A stretch of DNA of 64,000 nt from Anaerolineales bacterium (GTDB taxonomy: Bacteria; Chloroflexota; Anaerolineae; Anaerolineales; UBA11579): the NCBI GenBank assembly GCA_963676155.2, contig CAXXOS010000003.1, forward strand, positions 18,414 to 82,413, in the 5' to 3' direction. The translations under genes and the position numbers were made by a program. Under the pieces are notes generated by a model. The model was not told the origin of the DNA. It searched no databases and worked only from the letters and a program-made list of their open reading frames with translations. The number at the start of each line of letters is the position of its first letter. The stretch's first letter is position 1. This document shows positions 37,126 to 47,336 of this stretch, piece by piece.

Positions 37126-38424
37126 TTATTCTATCTTGGCTTCACCTTTTTTGACACCTAACATAAATACGAATGCGAGTGCCATAAAGACTGGCCCAAT
37201 CGCCATCATCAGACGATAGTTATTGCCTGCAAATTGAACTGTCCAACCAAAAATCAATGGACCAACTGTGGCAGCGACTTGAGAGAAGAAATAATATAAA
37301 CCGGTGTATGTACCAATATGCTCATCATCTGTCATATCGACTACCATAGGTAAAGAGTTGATGTTAATCATAGCCCAACCGATACCTGCTAACATACCAA
37401 AGATTGAAACTAAATACAGACCATTCCCCATTAAGGATGCGTATTTGATTACTTGAGCATCAACTGGAATAAAGTACATGGAAACAATACAAAGGAAGAA
37501 TAATACGATCCCACTCATAATGGCGCGTTTTCGGCCAATTGCCTTGGCAAGATAGCCGGCTGGAATGGCAGCAATCATAAAGACTAAACCAATATAGGTA
37601 AATTGGAATGCAGAATCAGCTGCATCTAAACCTAAGAATTTGTGGCAATAAAGTGTGAAGAAAGTCTCAATTGCGTTATAGGAGATAAACCATGCTAAGA
37701 TCGCTAAAAAGATCCACATTGGGCTTTTATCAGGTTGTTGGAAAACTCTAACAATATCTCTGAAAATGTGGGCTTTTCCTTTATGATCTCCTTGATTTGC
37801 ATGCGGGACTTCATCAACCATATGTGTTTTTTTACTAATAAATTCTTTTGGCTCTTTGATGAAAATGAAAACTAATACTGCGGCAACTACAACTAAAAGG
37901 GAACCAAGCCAAAAAGGATAGGCTGAGTTTTGACGATAGAGTGTGGCGCCAATCAATGTTGCCAAAACTGTACCAAGACCACCCATTAAGTTGATTACAC
38001 CGTTTGCTTCAGATCGGTTTTTTGAGGGGGTAATATCGGGCATCAAGGCAACCACAGGTGTGCGCCAAATTGCCATGGCGAGCAACAAAGTGATACAGCT
38101 CACTATGAATAACACCAATGAATCGATCAATGGAATGAATCCAAATGCAAATGCGGCTAATGGTGCTCCAGCCATGATGAATGGCAAGCGACGACCAATG
38201 GGTGAGCGCAACCGATCTGACCAAACACCAAGTGGGGGTTGGATCATAATTGCAGCGATGTTATCTAACACCATCACCACTGCGATCCAGCCTGCTTCCA
38301 AGCCGAATTTTTCTGAAAGCATCAACGGTACAAAGGCATTATAGATTGACCAAATGACACTTACCCCAAAAAAACCAAATCCTAATAAAAAGGTTTTGGG
38401 GTAGCTAAACTTTTTTTCTTGCAT
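37126..38424 (-). CDS. MFS transporter (GPH/sugar-cation symporter-like)
   Basis: 432 aa with 12 predicted TM helices and a loop 2-3 motif GVWSDRLRSPIGRRLPF. Confidence 0.8.
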   Translation of the reverse strand: MQEKKFSYPKTFLLGFGFFGVSVIWSIYNAFVPLMLSEKFGLEAGWIAVVMVLDNIAAIMIQPPLGVWSDRLRSPIGRRLPFIMAGAPLAAFAFGFIPLIDSLVLFIVSCITLLLAMAIWRTPVVALMPDITPSKNRSEANGVINLMGGLGTVLATLIGATLYRQNSAYPFWLGSLLVVVAAVLVFIFIKEPKEFISKKTHMVDEVPHANQGDHKGKAHIFRDIVRVFQQPDKSPMWIFLAILAWFISYNAIETFFTLYCHKFLGLDAADSAFQFTYIGLVFMIAAIPAGYLAKAIGRKRAIMSGIVLFFLCIVSMYFIPVDAQVIKYASLMGNGLYLVSIFGMLAGIGWAMININSLPMVVDMTDDEHIGTYTGLYYFFSQVAATVGPLIFGWTVQFAGNNYRLMMAIGPVFMALAFVFMLGVKKGEAKIE

Positions 38425-38448
38425 GAATTTTCTCCTTAGTGATATAGA

Positions 38449-39603
38449 TTATGGAATCAACTCTTCTGGATCAACAAACTCTTTTTGATAAAGCACTTCA
38501 AAATGAAATGCGTTTTTCACTGAACCTTCATTTGTCCCCGCAGTTCCGATGGGTGTTCGTTGCTGGACCACATCTCCACAGAATACAGAGGTGTCTTGCA
38601 AGTGGGCATAGATTGTTTGATAGCCATTGCCATGATCAATCATCACAGTATAGCCATATCCACCATTTGCCCAGCCGGCAAAAATCACAACGCCAGCATC
38701 AGCTGCGCGTACCATTTCATTTACTTCAGTATAAAAATCCACTCCAGGGTGGGCGTCGGAAAATGCATTTCCAACAATTTCATTGGAATAAACGGGTTGT
38801 GTAAAACTGCCTGAACCTTCAACAACTTCATAATTTCCTTCACAGGCACCGTATCCATGTGTAGGACGGAGATCTCCCATATAGGCTGTTGAGAGGTCTT
38901 TTAGGTCAAAACGGTTAAAATATTTTGAAGCATTGGGGAACATAACCCCTTGCCCACGTTGTGGCTCTCGATTTGTTTCACTTAGCCCATTGGGTGTCCA
39001 TGCAATCACTTCTTCTGGGGTTGTCTGAAAAATTGAGGAAACTACATCTAAGGTATCTGCAGATTGCCAAATATAATAAATGCCATCCGTTGGAGGGATC
39101 ATTAGATCCATATCAACCATTAAGTAATCAGCAACATCATCTAAGAGGTCTTCATTTGCCCATAAGATTGTTTCTGGTTCCAGACCGTAGTATCTTGCGA
39201 TGCTATCAACAGATTCACCTTCTTCAACAATATGACGAATCGGTTCTTTTCTGTTTTGGGGTCCCATTGGAATTGGCGTAATACTGGGGGTATACGTTGC
39301 AGATGGTGTTGCCGTGTTTGGAATGGGGGTAGGGGTGAGCGTTTCTGCCAAGGTTGCTGTGGCAGGGATTTTTGTTGAGGTAGCAGTTGCTTTCGTTAGG
39401 TCGATTACAATCGGGGAACCTTTCCAACTGATTGCAATGCCAATGGCTGCCAAAACTAACATAATCGCAATTCCCCATACCAAAATTTGAATATATTTTT
39501 CTTTACTCATCACGGGAGATTTTTCATTTTCAGACATTAAATAGATTTTAAGAGAAGAACAGGTCTTTGTAAACCTGTTCTTCATTCTTTCTAACAAAAT
39601 CAT
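38449..39603 (-). CDS. LysM-domain M23-family peptidoglycan endopeptidase
   Basis: It has a TM anchor, a Thr/Pro linker, a LysM domain (HIVEEGESVDSIARYYGLEPETILWANE) and M23 motifs HPGVDF and MIDHGNGYQTIYAHL. The start may be the internal ATG at 39537. Confidence 0.85.
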   Translation of the reverse strand: MILLERMKNRFTKTCSSLKIYLMSENEKSPVMSKEKYIQILVWGIAIMLVLAAIGIAISWKGSPIVIDLTKATATSTKIPATATLAETLTPTPIPNTATPSATYTPSITPIPMGPQNRKEPIRHIVEEGESVDSIARYYGLEPETILWANEDLLDDVADYLMVDMDLMIPPTDGIYYIWQSADTLDVVSSIFQTTPEEVIAWTPNGLSETNREPQRGQGVMFPNASKYFNRFDLKDLSTAYMGDLRPTHGYGACEGNYEVVEGSGSFTQPVYSNEIVGNAFSDAHPGVDFYTEVNEMVRAADAGVVIFAGWANGGYGYTVMIDHGNGYQTIYAHLQDTSVFCGDVVQQRTPIGTAGTNEGSVKNAFHFEVLYQKEFVDPEELIP

Positions 39604-39620
39604 TACTTTTGAACATGAAA

Positions 39621-40901
39621 TTAGTTTTTAGTTAAGGATTCTAAGAATTCCATGTTGTTTGTGGAGCGTTGGAAGCGTTGCAAAATTGCTTCTGTTGCTG
39701 CGGTATGCCCCATTCCAGCGCCTTGAGGAGGATCTGCAACCATTTGATTATACATTCTTCGTAATAACCAAACACGTTGTGTGATATCTGGACCTAAGAG
39801 CAATTCTTCTTTTCGTGTGGAAGATCGATCAATGTCAATTGCGGGGAAGATTCGACGTTCTTGCAATTTTCGCGAGAGATGCAATTCCATATTCCCAGTA
39901 CCTTTGAATTCTTCATACACCACATCATCCATTCGGGAACCTGTGTCCACCAAACATGTTGCGATGATGGTTAAGGAACCACCGTTTTCAATATTTCGAG
40001 CTGCGCCAAAGAAACGTTTAGGCGGATAGAGTGCTGAAGGATCGATACCACCAGAGAGTGTTCTCCCAGAAGGGTTAACGACCAAGTTATATGCACGAGC
40101 TAAACGGGTGATTGAATCTAGCAAGATTACAACATCGCGGCCATTTTCAACCAAACGTTTTGAACGCTCTAACACCATTTCAGCAATGCGCACGTGAGAG
40201 GTAACAGGTTCATCAAATGTAGATGAAATTACTTCTGCGTCTACAGATCGATCCATATCGGTTACTTCTTCGGGACGTTCGCCAATTAGGGCGACGATTA
40301 AATGCACATCAGGATATTGAGAAATAATGGAGTTTGCAATTTGTTTTAGTATGGTGGTTTTCCCAGATTTGGGAGGTGAAACAATTAGACCTCTTTGCCC
40401 TCGTCCGATGGGCGCAATTAAGTTGATCAAACGTGGTGCTAAATCATTTTGACCAGTTGCTAAATTAAATCGTTCATCAGGGAAAATAGGGACAAGATTT
40501 TCGAATTTTGGTCTTCTTTTAGCGTCATTGGTGGACATCAAGTTGACACTTTCAACTTTTACCATTCCAAAATGTTTTTCCGATTCTCTTGGTGGACGAA
40601 CATTTCCGATGACTAGATCACCATTACGCAATCCATATCTTCGAATTTGAGTTTGTGAGACATAGACATCGTTAGGACCACCTTTATAGTGGTTTGTCCT
40701 GAGGAAGCCGATTCCTTCGTTCATAATCTCGAGGATTCCCCCGTGAATTTCAATGTCTTCTTTGGCAGCTTCTGCTTGACGAATGTTAATAATTAATTCT
40801 TCTTTTTTCATCAAGCGAGTTTCTTCTATTCCAAGCTCTTTTGCCAAAGCGCGTAATTCGGGAATAGACTTCTTTTCTAGTTCTAATACATCCATGTACA
40901 C
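39621..40901 (-). CDS. rho: Transcription termination factor Rho
   Basis: 426 aa with the N-terminal Rho_N, a cold-shock-like RNA-binding domain, Walker A GQRGLIVSPPKSGKTT, and Q/R loops. Confidence 0.95.
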   Translation of the reverse strand: MYMDVLELEKKSIPELRALAKELGIEETRLMKKEELIINIRQAEAAKEDIEIHGGILEIMNEGIGFLRTNHYKGGPNDVYVSQTQIRRYGLRNGDLVIGNVRPPRESEKHFGMVKVESVNLMSTNDAKRRPKFENLVPIFPDERFNLATGQNDLAPRLINLIAPIGRGQRGLIVSPPKSGKTTILKQIANSIISQYPDVHLIVALIGERPEEVTDMDRSVDAEVISSTFDEPVTSHVRIAEMVLERSKRLVENGRDVVILLDSITRLARAYNLVVNPSGRTLSGGIDPSALYPPKRFFGAARNIENGGSLTIIATCLVDTGSRMDDVVYEEFKGTGNMELHLSRKLQERRIFPAIDIDRSSTRKEELLLGPDITQRVWLLRRMYNQMVADPPQGAGMGHTAATEAILQRFQRSTNNMEFLESLTKN

Positions 40902-41146
40902 TTCCTATTTAATATTGTTAAAATATGGGAATTTACCAAAACTGGCACCTTTATAAAATTTTTCATAAAAGTTCTTGGGAAAATAACGTCTTAATTATAC
41001 TTAAAGGCAAAAAGTTTTGCAAGCCCATTTTCTTGACAGGAAAATATTTCTAATTAGTTAAATGTGTTTTAACAATATTAATTGAAATTGAAACCTATAT
41101 ATAAGAGTAGTAGAATGAGAGGGGATATTATTATATGGAGGTAAAT

Positions 41147-41920
41147 ATGTCACAACAACTAATGCAAACTGGCGAACCTTATTTTTATCTCGGAGATGAG
41201 ATAGGCTGCTTACTGGTTCATGGTTTTACAGCGACACCGAAAGAAATGGCTTATTTAGTAAAATATTTAGCAAAACAAGGTCACACTGTTTTAGGCGTTC
41301 GTTTGGCTGGTCATTCAATGCAACCAAAACATATGGCGCGAAAAAAATATAATGATTGGTTGCTAAGTGTTGAAAATGGATATAAATTACTCAAACCTTT
41401 GTGCAAAAAGATTGTTGTGATTGGAATTTCTATGGGGGGAGCGTTGACCTTAACATTTTCTTCGTTTAATGATGTGGATGGTGTAATCTCAATGGATGCT
41501 CCTTACCGATTAAGTACATCACCGATATATGATAAATTTCGTTTGCCTTTTATTAAATTTTTATCTTTGTTTCATCCTTACTTAGAAAAAGGTCCTTCAA
41601 ATTGGTATCATCCAGAAAGATTATCAGAGAGAATTTCCTATGATGTCAATCCGACGGCAAGCGCTGCTGAATTAATCAAACTTTTGCAAATTTTGAGAAT
41701 CCAAATTCCAAAAATTCAAGCCCCGACATTAATCATTCATTCCATTGATGATGACTATGTTGTCCCAGAAAATGCGGAGTTGATCTTTAATGCATTAACA
41801 ACAGAAGACAAAGAACTCTTTTATATAGAAGAGGCATCTCATGTAATCACAGAAGATAGTGATTTTGAGATCTTATTCCCAAAAATTGAAGAATTTATTG
41901 ACAAAATAAGTGAGAAATAA
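41147..41920 (+). CDS. Alpha/beta-hydrolase carboxylesterase (Est/YvaK-like), copy 1
   Basis: HGFT oxyanion block and the GISMGG nucleophile elbow. The ATG at 41147 lies 6 nt after GGAGG, which is inside the ATG-41135 extension from the track. Confidence 0.8.
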   Translation: MSQQLMQTGEPYFYLGDEIGCLLVHGFTATPKEMAYLVKYLAKQGHTVLGVRLAGHSMQPKHMARKKYNDWLLSVENGYKLLKPLCKKIVVIGISMGGALTLTFSSFNDVDGVISMDAPYRLSTSPIYDKFRLPFIKFLSLFHPYLEKGPSNWYHPERLSERISYDVNPTASAAELIKLLQILRIQIPKIQAPTLIIHSIDDDYVVPENAELIFNALTTEDKELFYIEEASHVITEDSDFEILFPKIEEFIDKISEK

Positions 41921-41922
41921 AA

Positions 41923-42705
41923 ATGAAAATAGAAAATCAAATTATGTTAGGTGCTGAACCAATTTATTTACCCGGAGATGAGATCGGAATAATTTTAATC
42001 CATGGGTTCACAGGTGCACCTTCAGAAATGAAATATTTAGCAAAGTATTTAAATGATTTAGGTCATACCGTTCTAGTCCCGCGTTTATTTGCGCATGGAA
42101 CGAAAGTAGCTGATATGAATCGTGCCCATTGGGAAGATTGGGTGGCATCTGTTGAAGACAGCTATTACTTACTAAAAAACAACTGTAAAAAAATTGTGAT
42201 AGCTGGACTCTCGATGGGAGGAGCTTTATCTTTATATGTTAGTACGTATTTAGATATCGATGCTCTGATTGCAATGGCAGCACCATATGAATCTATTCGC
42301 ACATCTTCAAATCAATTTATTTTCCCTCTTTTAAAAGTAATCTCGATATTCAAGCCATATAATCGTTATGAACCTAACCCTGGTTCAGGTTGGTATACGC
42401 CAGAAAACGCAAAGGAAAATATTTCATATATTGGGTATACCCCGTTAGCTGCAGCCTATGAACTTGATCAATTATTACAAATTTCAAAAGATGAACTATC
42501 AAAGATTACAGCACCTACACAATTAATCTTTTCAAAGTCTGACCAAACAGTACCGATAAGTACAATTCAAAAAATTAAAAATACTGTTGGGGATGCAATA
42601 AAATCAGAGGTTGTTCTTGAGAAAAGTGGTCACGTTTTGCCGATGGATGGCGAAAAAGAAAAAGTCTTTGAATCAATAAGAAACTTTTTAGAAGAAGTCC
42701 TTTGA
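41923..42705 (+). CDS. Alpha/beta-hydrolase carboxylesterase, copy 2 (tandem paralogue)
   Basis: HGFT, GLSMGG and a C-terminal SGHVLP His block. It is collinear with copy 1 and separated from it by a 2-nt gap. Confidence 0.8.
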   Translation: MKIENQIMLGAEPIYLPGDEIGIILIHGFTGAPSEMKYLAKYLNDLGHTVLVPRLFAHGTKVADMNRAHWEDWVASVEDSYYLLKNNCKKIVIAGLSMGGALSLYVSTYLDIDALIAMAAPYESIRTSSNQFIFPLLKVISIFKPYNRYEPNPGSGWYTPENAKENISYIGYTPLAAAYELDQLLQISKDELSKITAPTQLIFSKSDQTVPISTIQKIKNTVGDAIKSEVVLEKSGHVLPMDGEKEKVFESIRNFLEEVL

Positions 42706-42720
42706 GAAAATGCAATCCCA

Positions 42721-44055
42721 TCAGTTTGTTTCAATTGATGGGATTGTTTTTATTAATGTTCCTAGGGTGATCCAGAAAATTATCCCTGAGGGGGTATACA
42801 TATATAAAATATCACTGATGAACATTGATGCACAACTTATTGAAACAATTATTGAAGTAAGAATTAAGATTATGAAATATTCTTCCCTAGGATTTTTTTG
42901 AATAATAATCTTCCAAATTCTTTTTATAATAAAAAATGTAAATAATATGAAAGGGATTAAGCCGATGATTCCTTGACTGATGGAAATATTCAAAATCACA
43001 TTATGTAATTCATAGGCTTTATCGTGTTGGGCAATATAAGTATTGGGGTAGTTTTCTGTAAAATATGGTTTGATGTTTTTGAAACCAATTCCTAAGATTG
43101 GGTGATCGAAAAAAGCATTAATCCCAGATGACCAAATATCAAATCTATTGTTGCTGATGTCAACATTTTCAACATAACTATTTCTTTCAATTTTATGTGT
43201 ATAAAGAGAATTGTAAGCGCTTCTTATTGGACTCGGCAAAATAAGGATAATTGAAACAATTGAAATAGAAACTAGTATTGAAGTAATAGTAGTTTTGTTT
43301 ATTATTTTTTTGAAATATAAAAATGATAAAACACAAATAGTAACTACTAAGGAAATGAAACCAGTTCGGGAATAAGTGAAAATGATGAAAATATAAGAAA
43401 TGGCTATTGAAATAGAAAGTAAAATCTTGAAGATTTTTTTATTCGATTTTATAAGAAAATAGATTGCAATTACAATAGAAAGCACGGCTAGAATGGAAGC
43501 ATAATTTGGGTCTGCATAGACTCCGTATAATCTTGTTCCATTTATTCCAGTATAGTGACAATCATAACCAGTGCATGTGATTCCAGAATAATTTGCTAAA
43601 AGCATAAATTCACTAATCAAGATTATGCTGGTGTTCCAAATCAAAACAAGTTTTAAAAATAGCTCAAAATCTCGCAAATGTTCTTTTTCAAAAAGATTTA
43701 CTTGTGTGGGGAACAAAAGAAGTAAAAGGACTATATGATTTAAGACATCACTATTTGAAAAAGTGACTTTTCCTTTTTCAAACAGAAAGAAAGAAAGAAT
43801 ATTTGAAACCAAAAACAAAGCTAGAAAAATTAAATAAGGTGTTTTGATATACTTTTTATGATTTGCTAGAATATTTACGAAGTAAAAGACAAAGGCAAAA
43901 ACAAAAATTAGGGTGGCGTACTTTAAAATGGAAAAAGGTAAATAAGGAATCCTGAATAAGAAAGAATAAATGAAAAACAAGGAAAAATTAAAAATAGGCC
44001 TTATTCTAAGATTTAGAAATGTTTTATTGAAAAAATTTTGATTTATCATAGTCAA
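42721..44055 (-). CDS. O-antigen ligase/polymerase-like (Wzy_C) polytopic membrane protein
   Basis: 444 aa with more than 10 TM helices and Wzy_C hallmarks YSRTGFISL and ELHNVILNISISQGIIGL. Coding is very AT-rich. Confidence 0.7.
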   Translation of the reverse strand: MTMINQNFFNKTFLNLRIRPIFNFSLFFIYSFLFRIPYLPFSILKYATLIFVFAFVFYFVNILANHKKYIKTPYLIFLALFLVSNILSFFLFEKGKVTFSNSDVLNHIVLLLLLFPTQVNLFEKEHLRDFELFLKLVLIWNTSIILISEFMLLANYSGITCTGYDCHYTGINGTRLYGVYADPNYASILAVLSIVIAIYFLIKSNKKIFKILLSISIAISYIFIIFTYSRTGFISLVVTICVLSFLYFKKIINKTTITSILVSISIVSIILILPSPIRSAYNSLYTHKIERNSYVENVDISNNRFDIWSSGINAFFDHPILGIGFKNIKPYFTENYPNTYIAQHDKAYELHNVILNISISQGIIGLIPFILFTFFIIKRIWKIIIQKNPREEYFIILILTSIIVSISCASMFISDILYMYTPSGIIFWITLGTLIKTIPSIETN

Positions 44056-44195
44056 AAATTCCGTTTTTATAGTTATTTAGATAGTATACATGAAAAATAG
44101 TCAATTATTCCTATAACAAGGTTACTTTTGACACATATTCTTAATGTTTTTAGGATTTTATACTAATATAAAATCTTAGATTAAGGAAAAATAAT

Positions 44196-45053
44196 ATGAA
44201 AATTGTTGTCGATAGTGGAATGGATATGTCTAAAGATCTGATTCAGAAATATGATATCACTATGGTTCCGCTGACATTGATGCTTGAAGGAAAAACATAT
44301 ATTGGGGACAAAGACATTACTAATGAAGAGTTTTATGCGGCTTTGGAAAAGACAGATGCCTACCCAAGCACTGCTACACCTTCACCAGGACAATTTGCAG
44401 AAATCTATAGAAAAATTGCAAAAGAAGATCCAGACATTCTTTCTATGCATATATCATCAGGTTTGAGCAGCACAATCGAAGCAGCTAGATCTGGCGGAGA
44501 GATGGTGCCTGAAGCAAATATTACTTATATCGATACAAAAGGATTATCAATTTCATTTGGTTGGCAGGTTGAAATTGCAGCGAAAGCTATTGAAAAAGGA
44601 TATTCATTTGATAAGATTAAAACTCTTATTCAAAAAGTGGCAGAAAATAGCAATGTAATGTTCACATTAAGTGACTTAAGATATTTGATTCATGGCGGAA
44701 GAATTAGCCATTTGAAAGGTCTTTTAGCATCCGTTCTTAAAATAAAACCCATCATCACAGTTACAAAAGATGACGGTGTCTATGAGACAGTCTCACAACA
44801 GAGGACAATGACAAAAGCTATGAGTTCAATGGTTGATAAATTAAAAGAAAAATTTGGCAATCAAAAACTTAGAATTCAACTTGTGCACACTGGCAATGAA
44901 GAAAACTTAGAATTTATTAGAAATTTGATTGAACAAAAACTGAATGCAGTTTTTTTGGAACCGCTTGCAGTGGCTACTGCGCTTGGGGCGCATACTGGAC
45001 CGACACTAGTTGGAGTGGGGTTTGGACCGCAAAGTCTTTTTGAAGAAATTTAG
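44196..45053 (+). CDS. DegV-family fatty-acid-binding protein
   Basis: 285 aa with N-terminal KIVVDSGMDM and an overall DegV layout. Confidence 0.85.
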   Translation: MKIVVDSGMDMSKDLIQKYDITMVPLTLMLEGKTYIGDKDITNEEFYAALEKTDAYPSTATPSPGQFAEIYRKIAKEDPDILSMHISSGLSSTIEAARSGGEMVPEANITYIDTKGLSISFGWQVEIAAKAIEKGYSFDKIKTLIQKVAENSNVMFTLSDLRYLIHGGRISHLKGLLASVLKIKPIITVTKDDGVYETVSQQRTMTKAMSSMVDKLKEKFGNQKLRIQLVHTGNEENLEFIRNLIEQKLNAVFLEPLAVATALGAHTGPTLVGVGFGPQSLFEEI

Positions 45054-45061
45054 ATATATTC

Positions 45062-45094
45062 AAAAGAGCAAGAAAAGTTCTTGCTCTTTTTTTT
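45062..45094 (+). terminator. Intrinsic terminator of degV
   Basis: Hairpin GAGCAAGA-aaagt-TCTTGCTC followed by T8. Confidence 0.85.
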
Positions 45095-45110
45095 ATGATA
45101 CTATTTCGTT

Positions 45111-45578
45111 ATGAATATATCTTCAATTTCATATGAAATTCAGCAAACTGATATAAAAGATTTGCGCTCTTTGCTTGAATTGGAACATTTATGTTTTTCA
45201 AAAAGCGAGATGTGGACGATGTTAGATTATATCGGTCTTTTATCTTTGCCTGAAATTATTAAATTTAAAGCAGTGATAGATGATTTGATGATTGGATTCA
45301 TTGCATTAGAGGATAAAAAAAGAAGTTCCATGGCACAAGTAATGACTTTGGCCGTACACCCAGAATATCGAAAACATGGAGTTGCATCACGCTTGCTTTC
45401 GGAAGCTGAATCAATGGTGCGATATGCTTCTTCAATTGAGCTTGTGGCGAGAGTGGATAATTTTTCTGCTATTGCTCTTTATAATAAATTTGGCTATCAA
45501 AATGACAATGTTCTATCTAATTATTATCGTGATGGTGTTGCTGGCCAAAGAATGGTTAAAAAATTAAAAAATAAATAA
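45111..45578 (+). CDS. GNAT N-acetyltransferase (RimI-like)
   Basis: Acetyl-CoA binding motif VHPEYRKHGVASRLL and a length of 155 aa. Confidence 0.75.
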   Translation: MNISSISYEIQQTDIKDLRSLLELEHLCFSKSEMWTMLDYIGLLSLPEIIKFKAVIDDLMIGFIALEDKKRSSMAQVMTLAVHPEYRKHGVASRLLSEAESMVRYASSIELVARVDNFSAIALYNKFGYQNDNVLSNYYRDGVAGQRMVKKLKNK

Positions 45579-45619
45579 TTGTATAGCGGGGGGATATGAT
45601 AGATAAAAAAGACTTTTGC

Positions 45620-45681
45620 TTGACTTATTCTCTTGTATTTCATATACTCAATGAGAGAGTATATACTCACCGAGAGAGTAT
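45620..45681 (+). promoter_or_regulatory. Promoter with two abutting palindromic operators upstream of padR
   Basis: TTGACT (45620-45625), 17 nt, TATACT (45643-45648). ATACTC-N7-GAGTAT is at 45644-45662 and a second ATACTC-N7-GAGTAT is at 45663-45681, covering the -10 and the transcription start. Confidence 0.7.
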
Positions 45682-45696
45682 TCTAAAGGGTCAACC

Positions 45697-46239
45697 ATGT
45701 CGAAATCTGATAATCAATTTTCACCTGTGTTCTTAATTTATGGATGTCTTGCAGAAGGTGCTGCTCATGGATATGAGATTCACCAACGCATTTCAACGGA
45801 CCTTGGTTTTGTTTGGTCGATTCGTCAAAGTCAATTATATTCTTTATTAAAAAGACTTGAAAATCAGAAATTGATTATTGGGGAGTTGCAACCTCAAGAA
45901 GGAAGACCAGATCGAAAAAAATTTTATTTATCTGAGAAAGCAAAAATTACATACCAGAAATGGGTTAATTCTCCTGTATGGGTAAGTATGAGAGCATTAC
46001 GGATGGAACTTTTGGCAAAAATCTATTTTCTTTCTTATCAAGACCCTGACAAAATTGAGGAGCTGATTGTTCAACAAATTGAGAAAATTGAATCTTCTCT
46101 TAAATCAATCGCAGCTGAAACAGAAAAAATCCCTCAAGAACAATCCATTAATAAAATTTCAATGCAAATCAAATATTCTCAAATTGAGATGATGTTTGAT
46201 TATTTAAAACAATTTAATATCGATCAGATCAGGAGTTGA
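45697..46239 (+). CDS. PadR-family transcriptional regulator
   Basis: N-terminal winged helix (HGYEIHQRIS ... SQLYSLLKRLENQKLI) with a long C-terminal helical domain. Confidence 0.8.
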   Translation: MSKSDNQFSPVFLIYGCLAEGAAHGYEIHQRISTDLGFVWSIRQSQLYSLLKRLENQKLIIGELQPQEGRPDRKKFYLSEKAKITYQKWVNSPVWVSMRALRMELLAKIYFLSYQDPDKIEELIVQQIEKIESSLKSIAAETEKIPQEQSINKISMQIKYSQIEMMFDYLKQFNIDQIRS

Positions 46240-46240
46240 T

Positions 46241-47317
46241 ATGAAAAAAATTTTTGTGTTTTTGATTCTCATTCTAAGTTTGCTGACTGTGCAAGCTGTT
46301 TTTGCTCAAAATGGTGATACCAATCCAATAGTGATTATTGATGCACTGGGAAGAGAAGTGGTTTTGGAGAGTGTTCCTCAAAGAATTGTTCTTGTTGGGA
46401 ATGGATTGCCTAGCATTGGCACAACCATATATGCTTTTCCAGAAGCTTCTGAAAGAATTGTGGGACAACCTCAAGTGGAACAAGGTGCAGGAGACTTAAC
46501 TCCCTTAGTTAATACTAATTATGAGAACCTCACAATTTTTGAAGGGAAAGGGTCAACAGAAGAAGCATTAAAATTGAATCCAGATTTAGTGCTTATCAAA
46601 TATTATATGCGTGAGAAATTTGGTGTTCCTTTTGAAGAGTTAGGGATTCCGGTTGTGTATTTGTCTTTTGAAGATGAAGCGACCTATATGCAAGATTTTG
46701 ATACGCTTGGAAAAATCTTTGATAATCCAACTCGTGCTAATGAATTAAAAACATATTACAAGAATATTTTGTCTCAAATGGAAGAATTGACGAATCAAAT
46801 TGCAAATGAAGAAAAGCCAACAATTGGGTTTGTATATTATTCCAGCAAAGATGGAGAAGTTGTTTTTAAAGTACCCCCTCAATCATGGATTCAAACTACA
46901 TTGATTGAAAAAGCCGGCGGAAATCCTGTTTGGTTGGATAGTAATATGTCAGACTCGTGGGCTACTGTTAATTTAGAGCAATATTATGTTTGGCAACCTG
47001 ATGTGATTTTTATGACTGCTTATTTTAATGATAGCAACGAAGTGATGCAGAGATTGCAAGATAGTCCTGATTGGCAAATTTTAGATGCTGTCAAAAATGA
47101 TATGTTATATGCCTTTCCGATAGATTTTTATTATTGGGATCAATCCATCCCACAATGGGGAATCACAATGCAATGGATCTTTGACACTCTTTATCCTAAT
47201 CAATCAGATTTTGACTTCGAAACAGCTACGTTAGACTTTTATCAATTTTTCTACAATATGGATAAAGATACATTCTATGCAGAAATTTACCCACTTTTAG
47301 TGGATTATATGAACTAA
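46241..47317 (+). CDS. ABC-transporter substrate-binding protein, FhuD/BtuF type (iron-siderophore/cobalamin class)
   Basis: It has a signal peptide and the IIDALGREVVLESVPQRIVLVGNG opening typical of PF01497-type binding proteins. It starts 1 nt after the padR stop. Confidence 0.75.
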   Translation: MKKIFVFLILILSLLTVQAVFAQNGDTNPIVIIDALGREVVLESVPQRIVLVGNGLPSIGTTIYAFPEASERIVGQPQVEQGAGDLTPLVNTNYENLTIFEGKGSTEEALKLNPDLVLIKYYMREKFGVPFEELGIPVVYLSFEDEATYMQDFDTLGKIFDNPTRANELKTYYKNILSQMEELTNQIANEEKPTIGFVYYSSKDGEVVFKVPPQSWIQTTLIEKAGGNPVWLDSNMSDSWATVNLEQYYVWQPDVIFMTAYFNDSNEVMQRLQDSPDWQILDAVKNDMLYAFPIDFYYWDQSIPQWGITMQWIFDTLYPNQSDFDFETATLDFYQFFYNMDKDTFYAEIYPLLVDYMN

Positions 47318-47336
47318 TTGAATTGGATACATTTGC

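Noticed and set aside
42710-42901. 63-aa plus-strand ORF after the second esterase.
   Set aside because: It overlaps the 3' end of the Wzy_C-like gene on the other strand. It has no RBS and no recognisable features.
40902-44195. Strand switch (minus-strand genes to the left of about 41 kb, about 20 kb of plus-strand genes to the right) as a sign of a replication origin.
   Set aside because: There are no DnaA boxes in the 233-bp rho-esterase spacer and no dnaA/dnaN nearby. Orientation is mixed elsewhere in the window (13-19 kb plus, 19-27 kb minus). GC skew was not computed, so the evidence is insufficient.
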